Shown: positions 40,255 to 51,587 of the stretch, one piece after another
How the letters are laid out: each line of letters starts with the position of its first letter
Position numbering within the stretch: the first letter of the stretch is position 1
From: Strigamia acuminata
Lineage: Eukaryota
Assembly: GCA_949358305.1 (NCBI GenBank)
Contig: OX442314.1
Span: forward strand, 8,184,001 to 8,248,000
Length of the DNA: 64,000 bases
Reading direction: 5' to 3'
Made by a program: the position numbers and the translations under genes
The notes under the pieces: model-generated
Databases searched by the model: none
Seen by the model: the letters and a program-made list of their open reading frames with translations, nothing else
Told to the model about the DNA's origin: nothing

Positions 40255-41099
40255 TTTCAACGATCAGCAAATTTCGCGTTGGATCGAATGAATCTTGTCC
40301 CCCAAATCAATCGCTATATAAGTGATAATTAATCTGGAAAATTTGGACTTTCGATCTTATCTGCACTGCCACTTGTCACGAGTTTTTCATACTACTATCC
40401 GCTGATGAAACATCTCACCTGCTTTTGTTGAATCATGTGACACACCATGTGCTAGTTTCATGACGTCAGAACATCTCATGTTTTGTATTGTTGGGGGATA
40501 CTATCGGATAGCTGAGTTGGATTTGTTTGAATAAAATATTCGATTTTGGGGTTATTTTGGGTTATTTTATGGATTTTTCGTTGAAATAGAATTTTTTTTT
40601 GTTTGGTTTGGTTTTTTGTTCGCGGGGCAGTGAATACACAGGAAATTATCATTTCTTGATTTTTTTTTTGTATTTTATTTTTGTTGGAAAATGACATTGA
40701 GCGAATCATGTGAATTTTAATCATCAAAGTTTATCGGGTTTTAGTGTTTACTAGTGAAAGTTGCAAAAGATATGCGAAAAATTAATCAATGTAGATTTTT
40801 TTATGAATAAAAAAATTAATTTTTTCAAGAAAAATAAATTTTTTGATTTTATCTATCAAAAATTTTTTTTCCAATGTTCGTTCATCTTTATTTCCTTTCA
40901 TCAGTTTATTCATTTTCTGAGTATGTTGCCTCATTGTATATCATTAATAGTAAAAAGAAAAAAAATACAAGGACATTTGCCGGAAAAAACACACCACTAT
41001 GGCGCCATCTACGAACAGCTTCGTTCACTAACATTTCATAATGGCCGCCACAAAGTTGTTTTGAAAACAAACCGGCGATTTATTGAGTTTTAAACCGAA
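40255..41099. promoter_or_regulatory. Divergent intergenic/promoter region between legumain and TDP1
   Basis: 845 bp between the two ATGs; TATA-like TATATA ~40315-40320 about 60 bp from the legumain ATG; GGCGCCATCT and AATGGCCGCC YY1/CTCF-like motifs just upstream of TDP1. Confidence 0.55.
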
Positions 41100-44000
41100 A
41101 TGTCGTTTGATTTGGACGACCAAATTGCACGGAACTTGCAAAGAGAGGTCAATATTTATTTAAAAATACAAAAATTCAAATATATTTATATAAAAATAAT
41201 AAAAAAATTTATTTTCGACAGTTCGATGCCGAAGAAACCGGAAATGCGAGCAAAAACCAACATCAACTTTCCGATCGCGATTCCGACAAAACGATGAGCG
41301 AAGACGAACTCAAAGCGGCCCAAACCCGAATCAAACAAGAAAAATCTAAACAGAAACCAAAACACACAAAAACAATCATCGTACACGAAATTTCCGACTC
41401 GGATTCGGACGACCAAACGTCGCCACGACACAAAAAAAACCCAAAAGCCCAAAATTCCCGAACTTCCGTGCACGATTTTTCGGATTCCGACTCGGGCACG
41501 GATAAACCAGCGAAAAATCGGAGCGACGATTTACCAATGTGTCACTTCGGCGCCGAATGCAGCCGAAAAAACCCGTTGCACCGGAAACGGTTCCGACACG
41601 AAGGTTTTGACGAATTTTTATGCGTAAATTTTGTCGTTTTTTATGTTTTTTCTTGTCAGATTCGCAGGAATTGGGCGCGAAACGGCCGAAAGTCGACGGA
41701 AATGCGTCGGATGAGTCGAGTTTTAAGGTTAATGCGTTTGGGTTTTATCTTACGAAGGTTTCGGGGATCCCGAGCGAGTTCAACATCACGGGAGCGATCG
41801 GGATCAAAGGTGGTTGAGTGAAAAAAGATTAAAAAATGCAAATGTCATTGAAGAATTTGTTTTTGTTTTTTTAGGTATTTTATCGGAGAAGATGGGAAAT
41901 CTAATCGAATCGGCGCAGGTAGTTTATGTCGGTTAAAAATAATGAAATAATCAGGATGATGTGATGCGTTAATCTGTTTATCAGTTTAGCTACCTGCATG
42001 ATATCGAATGGATAGTCAATCAATATCCGACTCAATTTAGGTATGGGTGTGAATTTTAGTAAATTGGGTCCTCTCGCTACACAAATCAACTGAATTTGAA
42101 TATGTAATACAAAAAAATGCATTTTTAAGGTGCTAAAATGCATATCTGTGTACAAAGATGCATATCTGTGTGCAAAAATGCATATCTGTGTGTAAAAATG
42201 CATATTTATATGCAAAAATACATATTTATATGCAAAAAAGGTATTTTTAACGTGCAAAAATGCATATTTATATGCAAAAAAGGTATTTTTAACGTGCAAA
42301 AATGGATATTTATATGCAAAAAAGGTATTTTTAACGTGCAAAAATGCATATTTATATGCAAACAAGGTATTTTTAACGTGCAAAAATGCATTTTAAGGTG
42401 CAAAAATGCATTTTAAGGTGCAAAAATGCATTTTAAGGTGCTAAAATGCATTTTAAGGTGCTAAAATGCATTTTTAAGGTGCAACAATGCATTTTTAAGG
42501 TGCAAAAAGGTGGAAAAATAAATTTTAATGTATAAAAATGCATATTTATGTGAAAAAATGAATTTTAATGTATAAAAATGCATATTTATGTGAAAAAATG
42601 AATTTTAATGTGTAAAAATGCATTTGACAGGCTGATTTTGATCATTTTAGATTATTTGAGACCCTTTTAGATTAAAAATTTTATCTTTTTGTATGCACAA
42701 TATGGTCGTTTAAAGTTGAAAAACGGCAAAATTGACGTGTTTAAACATAAATTTTATTTGCATTTCTGTTACTACTAATTTAATTTAATTTCTAGATCCA
42801 AACCATTACTCCTCGTGCACGGCGAACAACGAGAATCGAAAAAGGTCTTAATCAAGGAAGCTGCGGCCTATCCAAACATAACGTTATGTCAAGCCAAATT
42901 GGACATTCCGTTCGGCACTCACCACACGTAAAAACCAAATATAAAAATAAAAAAATATATATATACATAAATTTTTAAAAAAAATTAGAAAAATGATGAT
43001 ACTCTTGTACGACAATGGATTAAGGATAGTGATCCACACGGCTAATCTCATCCACGGCGATTGGCACCAAAAAACTCAAGGGTATTTAAACAAAAAAATA
43101 GATCAAAAAATTATTTTTAATAATTTAATTTTTTATTTTTAATTAGCGTTTGGGTCAGTCCCGTGTTCCCAACGTTAAACCAAAACGACGCGGCAATTAA
43201 CGGCGAATCGCCGACCAATTTCAAAAAAGATTTCCTCGAATATTTATCCGCGTACAATTCGCCCGAACTAAACGTGTGGATTGCGCGCGTCAAGCGCCAC
43301 GACTTTTCATCAGCAAAGTAATACAATAAAAACCAATAAATACAAACCAATTAATCCTTCCTTTCTTTCAGTGTTTTCTTAATCGGTTCGACGCCCGGTC
43401 GGCACACGGCATCCAAAATGTCCGCTTTCGGCCATCTAAAACTAAGAAAAGTATTAATACCTCCCAAAAACTTGCAACATGTCACCAACACATTTTTCTG
43501 TAGATCCTTAAAGGGCAAGGTCCAAAATCGGCACTGGTTACACCGGATTGGAACGTGATTGGTCAGTTTTCGAGCATTGGATCATTGGGTCCGTCGGCAG
43601 ATGTCTGGCTCAACAAAGAATTTCTCGTCTCTTTGAGCGCAACTAAACAACCCACTCATAACAAATCACCCAAACTACAACTAGTAATTAAAGCATTCCA
43701 TTTCACGGGTATGACACAAACAGAACGTTCCACCGGTTCCCATTAGAACGCACAAGTTAAGCAGCATCGGGCCTAATCAAGGCAAGTTTCAGGGCAGGTT
43801 ACCCGACTTCTTATACGATCGCTTCATCAAAGTTGGCCTAGATGCAATTGCTCAGGAAATATTTGAAGGGGTACAGACTTTTAGGACACCCTGTATAATA
43901 CGTCATTTCCGGTTTCAGTCTGTAATAGACGGCTAAAAGTTTAGTAAAACCAGTTTATTAATTGAACCGGAGGTCGGAAAAATACGAAAATACCTTAGGA

Positions 44001-46259
44001 ACCTAATACAGGTATGCTGAGTTCATTGCCGTTGCCCGTTTGGCTCTACTTGCTATAGTTTTTGAGATATGGATGCGGACAGACGGACAGAGCCGTTTCA
44101 TTAGACTTTCTAAACATCAGGTTTAGAAGTCTAAAAACTAAACCTTTGTTTACCTGCCAAAAGAAACCAACAAACTATGCTAACATTGTTTGATTGGTTA
44201 AAAGTGGTCATATTTATTTGGGTGACCTGATGGGAATCGCGGTTGTTTCTGGTCCCAGAAATGCCGCGTTGCACGGGATGCGTTGTACACGTGAAAGTTT
44301 AATACACAATTAGTCGGACTAAGTTTTAACTCGTGATTGTAGATTTTTCCAAGCGTGGAGAATGTCCGGCTCAGTTTGGAAGGTTATCCGGCCGGTAGCA
44401 ATTTGCCATACAGCAACGAAGTGGCCAAAAAGCAGCCCTGGTTGCACAAATTATTCCAGTAAGAAATGAAATTAAATTTGAGAATAATTCAAAAAATGTA
44501 GCATTTGTTTTGCAGTCAATGGCGGAGTCAAATCAGGGGCCGCTCGAGCGCCTCGCCACACATCAAAACATACGCGAGGATATCTCCGACTTCCGATTCG
44601 ATCGCCTGGTTTGTGGTGACGAGGTTTGGACAATCTTTTTTTCTAATAACTTCTTAGGCAGGGGTAGGGGTGAAAAAACTGGATTTTTTTATTTTTTACT
44701 TAACCCTCGGAAGCATAAGGGTAAAATGTGCCGTTTTGGTATAAGGCATTACGCATTTAGTGGCAATTTGCAGGTCAATTAGTTAAAGTGCCGTTTTGGT
44801 TTTTGAAAGTTTGCGCTAGTGAAAAAATATATATATTTTTACCAACTAGTGGTTGTTTTAAACACTACTGGTGAATGCGAAAAGTTGTTGATTGAAGTGC
44901 TCTTTCTTAGGCAGCAAAGCCAGCATAATAGTTTTGTTGGAGTTTTAAGGGGCAGAAAATTTGCATTTAGCATAATTAATTAAATAAATGACCAATGACT
45001 TAAAATTTCACCTGAGTTAAAGTTCAGTATGATATATACAAAATCAGAAAGTTTTTTTAAAAAAAAAACTGAATAGAAAAATATTTTTCTTATTCAACAA
45101 AGATGTTGTCCCTAAATGCATAGAGCCTTCTGCCTCCGAGGGTTAAAAGAACCCGTAAGAATAATTATGTTGGAATTTGGGCCTGAAATTTGAGTTTTTT
45201 TAATTTTCTCAAGTTAGATTCTCACTAAAATCTGGGTAAAGTTACAGAAATTTAAACCAATTTCCTACATTTTGCACATTTAAAAATGCTTTTTATGCTT
45301 GTTTAGGCTTAATTCGTATAAAAAAAAGTTTTACGCAGTAACACTGGCATGCCGGTAAAATCGGGATTTATTGGCATGCAGCTTAAAGTGGGGTAATACG
45401 GTATACTTTATAATATGTATAATATTCAACTTATATTTGAGATGTTTTCGCTTCTAAATTTACTAGTATACTCTTGTTCACTTCAAGTTTGGCCTTTCTC
45501 CCATTGACCTTAGTCTCATTACTCATAACTATAGGCTGTGTGATACCACCAGGAAAAGTATTTTTTTTTCATTTTTATGATTATTATAATGATTAAGATG
45601 ATATAATTTTAATTGTATTTTATAATAAAATGTTTTTTCCATTTATAAAATACAGCTTTATGCTGTTTTTAGTTAAACACACATGTTTTTTTTAAGTTTA
45701 TTGATTGCTTTGTCTGTAAAGCACACAATTTTGAATTTTTGGCCATTGCCTAGGCGATCGATTACAATGTCTGTTCATTGATTGCAATTCTGGCTGTTTT
45801 GGTCTATTTTTTTGTATCACTACACAAGTGAAATGGCTCGGCCAATGGGAGAAAGGCCAACCTTGTATAGAACAAGATACCGTGTGGTCTTAAACACGCA
45901 CTCATTTCTTAATGAGTTTTCTTCCGTTTGTTTAGTGCCAATTTGTCCAAAGCGGCTTGGGGATCCATGGAGAAGAAAGGAACGCAGTTCATGATCAGAT
46001 CTTACGAGTTAGGCGTCTTGTTACTGCCTCATTACATTGTAAAGTTTGTTTTCTTTGGGTTGGAAAATGGCTGACAAATGCATTCTTCTTGCAGGATGGA
46101 AGCGATGTCGTCAAACTTGCCCGAGTAAATGATTCCAACAATTTTTGTTTGCCTTACGACGTACCCCTCACACCTTACGGTGGTTTCGACGAACCGTGGA
46201 TTTGGAATATTCCTCACAAAGAGTGGCCGGATAGACATGGAAACATGTGGTGCAGATAG
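41100..46259 (+). CDS. TDP1: Tyrosyl-DNA phosphodiesterase 1 with N-terminal PBZ zinc finger, multi-exon
   Basis: Spliced translation: [22 protein letters not shown] (PBZ), [83 protein letters not shown]...PWIWNIPH...DRHGNMW. Confidence 0.96.
42115..42625. repeat. Intronic minisatellite, 20/42-bp units (in TDP1)
   Basis: AAAAAAGGTATTTTTAACGTGCAAAAATGCATATTTATATGC tandem copies. Confidence 0.9.
43723..44246 (+). mobile_element. Nested intronic repeats: 5S-derived head (43723-43780, resuming ~44217-44246) interrupted by a mariner-type MITE end and a DINE/Helentron-like fragment
   Basis: CACCGGTTCCCATTAGAACGCACAAGTTAAGCAGCATCGGGCC ... GGGTGACCTGATGGGAATCGCGG are 5S-like; the insert carries GGACAGACGGACAGA, a (GTCY)n-type microsatellite. 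Confidence 0.55.
44704..45142. mobile_element. piggyBac-type MITE with TTAA TSD, in a TDP1 intron
   Basis: TTAA|CCCTCGGAAGCATAAGG ... CCTTCTGCCTCCGAGGG|TTAA (15/17 TIR match). Confidence 0.85.
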
Positions 46260-46505
46260 TAGGAGTTCCAATGGAAGAAAAATTGTTTTTAAATATCGAT
46301 GAAATTTGAAAGAATTTGTAAAAGAAAAATATTAAAGCGAACCATTCTGGGCTTCTGGCATTTATTTAGCCTTGTGTCAAATATTTAATTTAATTTAATT
46401 AGAATTACCATATGGTTTGTTCGGCTCGGTTTATAGTCAAATGGTCCCAAGCAGAGATAATACATTTATTTACAAGACAATTCAGGGTTTGCGCGATAGC
46501 TAACC

Positions 46506-46590
46506 GCGCATGCGCAGTCTTGCCAGCGCCCTCTAGTGGCGAAATTCCTAACTACGACTGAGGGACACGTGTTTCTAACTACACGTGTTT
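46506..46590. promoter_or_regulatory. Regulatory island: NRF1/Ewg palindrome, strong CTCF-like site and two E-boxes
   Basis: CGCGCATGCGCA (46505-46516), minus-strand CCACTAGAGGGCGCT (46525-46539), CACGTG twice. Confidence 0.5.
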
Positions 46591-46613
46591 TTACCGGTTT
46601 TTAAGCATCTAGC

Positions 46614-46928
46614 ATGGCAATTCCAAGTGCATTTCATTTTCAATCGTTCAAAGGTAATTGGGGGAAAAGTTTAGAAACTTTTCCTTTTATAAATGAGGAA
46701 TGGATTGCAAATTTTCTGCAAAACAATTCAGAAAAAAGGTATAAATATGCCTTTGGAGGATATGTCAAAAAAATTTTGACAATTCACAATCCTCATCCAA
46801 ATATTGAAGTGGCTGTGAAATGTGATGTGCTGCCATCCCAGAGACCACAACCTCACAGTGATTTTCTAGTGAAAATTTTAATTGATTACCAGAAGAAATA
46901 TGAAATAGCAATAAAAAAAATACATTAA
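46614..46928 (+). pseudogene. Truncated ORF resembling the N-terminal part of transposon-associated SWIM-finger proteins
   Basis: W.KSL..FP.I....I..FL...RY.Y...GYV..I...V.CDVLPSQR recalls the region preceding the SWIM motif in such proteins (from memory, not searched); the ORF runs into an AT foldback arm. Confidence 0.35.
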
Positions 46929-47497
46929 ATCTATATCCTAGACACGTGCGAAGCAAAGTATTTATAAATTTTTATTATAACTTTATTATAATTTTTTTAT
47001 TATAACTTTTTTTTATAATTCTTTTAATTATAACTTTGCTACAAGTCTGTTTATTATAACTTTTCTACAAGTCTTTTTATTATAACTTTTCTACAATTTT
47101 TTTATTATAACTTTTTTTAAAATTTTAAGTTTTTTCAAAAAATACATTAATATTTAAAGCTATGCCCTTGACATGTACGAGGCAAAGTTTTTATAAATTA
47201 CCATATTTTTTATTAAAACTTGTTTACATTTTTTTTTATAATTTTCTTTATTATTTCAGGTTTTTTCAAGTTTTCTCTAATTTTTAACAAATTATTCAAT
47301 TTTTATCCACATCCCCTATTAGCACTTAAGAAAAAATTTTGTTTTTGTGTGAATTTTTAATTCTCACATGAAAATGCATTCATGTTGGGTATTTATTCAA
47401 TAAAAATAAAAACAAACATAAAAGAAAATAAATGCATTTTCAGATAATAAAAAAATTATTCACACAAAAAATAACATTTTTAAAAGAAAAAAAATTC

Positions 47498-48626
47498 TGT
47501 GATGGATCGCGAGTCTAGGTGGTTTAGAAGCGTTTGAAAGACGCCGCGGAACAGTAAATTCACACACCCTGGTAGTTTCGTACCTGCCGTAAATCGAATG
47601 TGCGCAGGAAGTGGCAGCTAACACACTCTCAGATACTGTGCACCACACTAATATTTATTTGTGGCCGGGTATCCCGAGCTGTAAAACTCGGGGACAGAAT
47701 GTCCGGTAGTCGCGTCTGAACCAAAACCCAACGCGTGACCCGCCAACAATCGTGTTTTCACACGAAGGCAAACGAATGCACGTCTCGTAGTGGCTCATAA
47801 GCAACCCCAAACTGTCGAGTTTGAACGAGGATGGGCAATTTACTCGTGCTTATACAACGCACGGGCCCTAAACCTAACTCTAAACCTGACTTAATGCTTA
47901 ATTAAAGCTAAAGCCCGAATGGCAGGCGGCTAAACTAAGCTAATGCACGCGCACGCGAAATAAACGACACAAACTTCGAACTTATGGCCAACAAATCCTG
48001 TTTGGCCTCGGATAACGCGTCACGGCGATAAAACATGAACAAAAAGGAGCAGGAAAACAAATGGTGAACGAGTGGTGTAAAACCGTGAGTTAACACGCGA
48101 AATGAAATGAAAGCCTGAAACCGTGTTGCAGAATTCCAGGGCGAAAGCAAAGCCACGAGTGAGCTTCGGAGTCAAACCTCAGCCATGAGCACCGGCTCCA
48201 AAGGAGCACCTACGCGTTCGGGATACTGAGATCAACTGAAGAAAAAGAGGAAAAATAGGGTGAGAGGTAAGCTTGGACTCAATCAAGCTTGACCAATCAC
48301 GGAAGAGTCAAGAGCCAATCACCATTGTCGGTGCATACTGATGAGTATGACTGATGACGACGCGTGATGACCAGAATAGATATGCAAAGAAGTTTGCATC
48401 CAAATCATAAACGAAAGAGAAAAAACTAGGAGTAGATAAGAGAAAAGTGAGAGAATGAAGAGAAAGTTAGGAGTGAGTAAGGGATAAGATAGATAGAAAA
48501 TGAGGAAAACTCACGAATGAACATAAACAATACAACAACACAAGGTAAAGACAAATTAGGTTTAATGGGAACAAACACGGGTTGACAATGCGTAAACTGT
48601 ACGCGTAGGAAACACGGGCCGTGACA
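47498..48626 (-). repeat. 3' LTR
   Basis: Direct repeat of 58918-60046; only three substitutions noticed by eye. Confidence 0.97.
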
Positions 48627-49227
48627 CGCCCCCACAGCCAGAGTTTTATTACTCTGTTTAAATGAAAGTAATGAAACGATACAATTATAAACATAATGAA
48701 AATCAACAACATAATCGATCGCAACATTAGCGAAGTAAATGAAATCAAAAATATACGAATCAAAAGTAACTAAAGACATGATGCAAAATCAAACAATCGC
48801 GTCAGACGCGTTAAAATATACACTCAAATCACAGTAAGGCAAATTGACACTTTGAAAAAGGCTAAAACTAACATAAACTTACGCTTCCAAGCAATCGTGG
48901 ATTGCTGGAACTCCTACGCTCATTGCACCCATCCACCTGACCGAGAGGAAAATTTAGGAGGTCATCTCCACCGGCACATGATTCTCGGAGGAGGAATGAG
49001 GCGTCTCCCGGGCACGCGGATAGGTACAACAGGCGCGGAAAACACTAGAAAACAAACAAAATAAATTATATATCACAGTCGGGTAAAAAGCAATGTTAAC
49101 AAATATCATTCGAAATGCTAAACACAAAAAATAAAATTAAACACGCGTCCAAATGGAGACTTATCCATTTGAACTTAAAAATTGCGCAGAAAACAAAGGT
49201 CACGTTCGGTAGTTTCACCAAGTTCAC

Positions 49228-51234
49228 TTAGTCACTATCACTGGCACCGTCCGGGAACATCAGCTGGAGAAGCTCTTCCACCAATCCAACGACGCGATAC
49301 ACCAGCACATCCTCCATCTGCTCCTCCGTATGCGGATGGTAACGCGTGAGTACATCTGCGATGAGACTCTCCAGGAAGAGGATTTGTCCATTTCGAAGCT
49401 CCAAAATGGCGTGGGCCTGCGATTCCGGCCACCCGTGCTCCGTGCGGGCGATGGCATAGAAAAATTGCCGCCACAAATCCGGGTCTGCCTGAATATAAGA
49501 CGTCGCCCGTCGACGCGTTGGACATTGCCAGTCAAGGGTGCCAAAGGGGAAGATTTCATTAAATCCCTTCCGCGCCCAAAATGTAGTTGGGAAATCCTGA
49601 TAATCCAGGAATCGCATCCGGTTTCCATCGGACCGCTGCCTCGCTGCCACGTGTCGTATAGCCGTCTCCCAGTCGGTGGCTCGAGGGATCGAAAGCATGT
49701 TGAAAGGTGACGCGTCTCCAAAGCATCGTCGACGTGGACCCGTCGCCACCAAATCCGGATGTCGGATGGGCAACTGTGATTGGGGGCCCGACAAATCCGT
49801 TGACCAACCCAGCCGCCGGGACATCGCTCGGTCTTTGATCGATCCAGTAATACTGCCAAGATATGGGTTGTCCTCCGGGTGGAACCAATCGATCGCGTCC
49901 AACTTCTCCAAAAGGGCTAACTCCTTTCCCCTAAGATCCTCAGCCTCCCTTTGGGCTCGCGCCTGCCGACGCGCACGCGTCGCAAAGCATCGTTTTCGGA
50001 AATCTTCCGCCGACTCCCCGGCACGTTGAGTGAAGCCGTGCATCACTGTCTTCTCGCTCTTTCGGGGGATGCGGGCTCCAACTCCTCTTCGGCTCCCTTC
50101 CGCAGCAGGCGGCCCCTCAATGGCTAGTTGTTCGTGCGCCCCTTCTCCCCACTCAGTGGTCTCTTCGTCCTCACTCTGGGTCTGGTGAAACTCCAATGCC
50201 GGTCGTGGACGTATGGTTCTCGGGTCTCTCGCCCGAACCGGAACAATGGCCAATGCTTCCACTTCGCAGATCGGCGCCCCCTCGATCGCTGGCAAATTGG
50301 GGCGATCTCGCTCGGTGACAATCACCGTTGAATTCGGCGGCACGGCTTGATCACGAGCTTTCGCATCCAAATGAAGTCTTCGCAGTTGGGCGATTTCGTC
50401 CACAAGATGGTCGTTCCTCTCCTCGATGAGGCGGACGCGCTCTTGTTCCTCGGCCTCCCGCGTCATTCCAGCCCTGACCACGGTCTGTGGTTCCTCCTGC
50501 TGACGCAACGCGGCAGAATGAAGTGGACGCGTAATGGTGGGAACATCGCTTTCCCTTGAATGTCGGATCACATTTATTGTGCTCGTTCCGGTCGGAAAAC
50601 TTCTCAAGAGAGCCGGCAGAGGGGGAGCACAGGCACCCGGGACCGGCATGATGGAGTTGAGCGGAGGGTACTGCCAATTCAAAGGCTGTATTCCGGCTGC
50701 TGTGGCCTCCGCAATCGTGTTCCGCCAGAACGTCTCGTGCCTTCGCACAAAACGCGTAGTCGCACTGATGTCTCCTCGAATGACTTGGAAAACCGTCGGC
50801 CACTTATACTTTGATAAATCGCGCTTATCCCAGCGCTTTTTCCGCAAGGCCATTGCTTGGAGCCTCCTCATCCAGATCTTAAACTTGCCACGGCGGAGCA
50901 CGCCTTTCCCCAAACACGCGTTGCATTCTTTCGACATATTTTCCAAATGGCCCCAGCCGGAGCACAAGGGGCATATCTCGAAGTTTGGAAATCCCCTTTC
51001 GCGAGGATGATCCGGATGATATGGTGGGATTAGGAGCGGCCCCTTCGCGTACAAATCGGGTACCGGGTATGGAGGGCGGTAAACGCCACGACGCGAAGCA
51101 GATCGGCGTTGTCCCGCACTTGAGCATTGTTCCGCTCCTGCCATACTTCCTAGTCCTTCATCCTCATAAAGCTCCTCATCCGATGTAAAATCGAGTGATT
51201 CGTCCCCCTCGGAACTGCTGTCCTGGTCCGCCAT
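49228..51234 (-). CDS. Retrotransposon ORF3, 668 aa, unknown function; two CxxCxGxG motifs; not env-like
   Basis: Intact ATG-initiated ORF in the same sense as pol; CPLCSGWG-x8-CNACLGKG; acidic N-terminus; no signal peptide or transmembrane stretch visible. Confidence 0.85.
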   Translation of the reverse strand: MADQDSSSEGDESLDFTSDEELYEDEGLGSMAGAEQCSSAGQRRSASRRGVYRPPYPVPDLYAKGPLLIPPYHPDHPRERGFPNFEICPLCSGWGHLENMSKECNACLGKGVLRRGKFKIWMRRLQAMALRKKRWDKRDLSKYKWPTVFQVIRGDISATTRFVRRHETFWRNTIAEATAAGIQPLNWQYPPLNSIMPVPGACAPPLPALLRSFPTGTSTINVIRHSRESDVPTITRPLHSAALRQQEEPQTVVRAGMTREAEEQERVRLIEERNDHLVDEIAQLRRLHLDAKARDQAVPPNSTVIVTERDRPNLPAIEGAPICEVEALAIVPVRARDPRTIRPRPALEFHQTQSEDEETTEWGEGAHEQLAIEGPPAAEGSRRGVGARIPRKSEKTVMHGFTQRAGESAEDFRKRCFATRARRQARAQREAEDLRGKELALLEKLDAIDWFHPEDNPYLGSITGSIKDRAMSRRLGWSTDLSGPQSQLPIRHPDLVATGPRRRCFGDASPFNMLSIPRATDWETAIRHVAARQRSDGNRMRFLDYQDFPTTFWARKGFNEIFPFGTLDWQCPTRRRATSYIQADPDLWRQFFYAIARTEHGWPESQAHAILELRNGQILFLESLIADVLTRYHPHTEEQMEDVLVYRVVGLVEELLQLMFPDGASDSD

Positions 51235-51587
51235 GATAAGATCTCAAAGGCTACCAGCACACTTAACAGGCTCAAATCTTCAACCGTCAGGCGCTCAAGT
51301 GTATCGCCTCAACGCGTTTTCAATCTCCGCCCGCTTACACGAGGCATACGCGTTGCTCAACAAGTGGAAAAACAATGGCGGTCACACACATGTGTGAAAA
51401 CTGACTCATTGGTCAGCTGACCAATGACGTTCAGTGCCACCACTTGAGCAAATTGCTTACTAGCAATCACAAATAGCGAACTTGAGTCCCGACATGCGCA
51501 GAATGAATATGAAAAGGTGCAATAACCGGAGAAAATAAACAAAATACACTAAAAATTGTCAAAGAATAAACAAAAACATTGACACAA

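Noticed and set aside
46414..46432. miR-375-like (TTTGTTCGGCTCG) and miR-33-like (~21946) words
   Set aside because: Partial matches only, and no convincing precursor hairpin seen.
49228..51234. ORF3 as an envelope gene
   Set aside because: No N-terminal signal peptide and no hydrophobic transmembrane segment visible.
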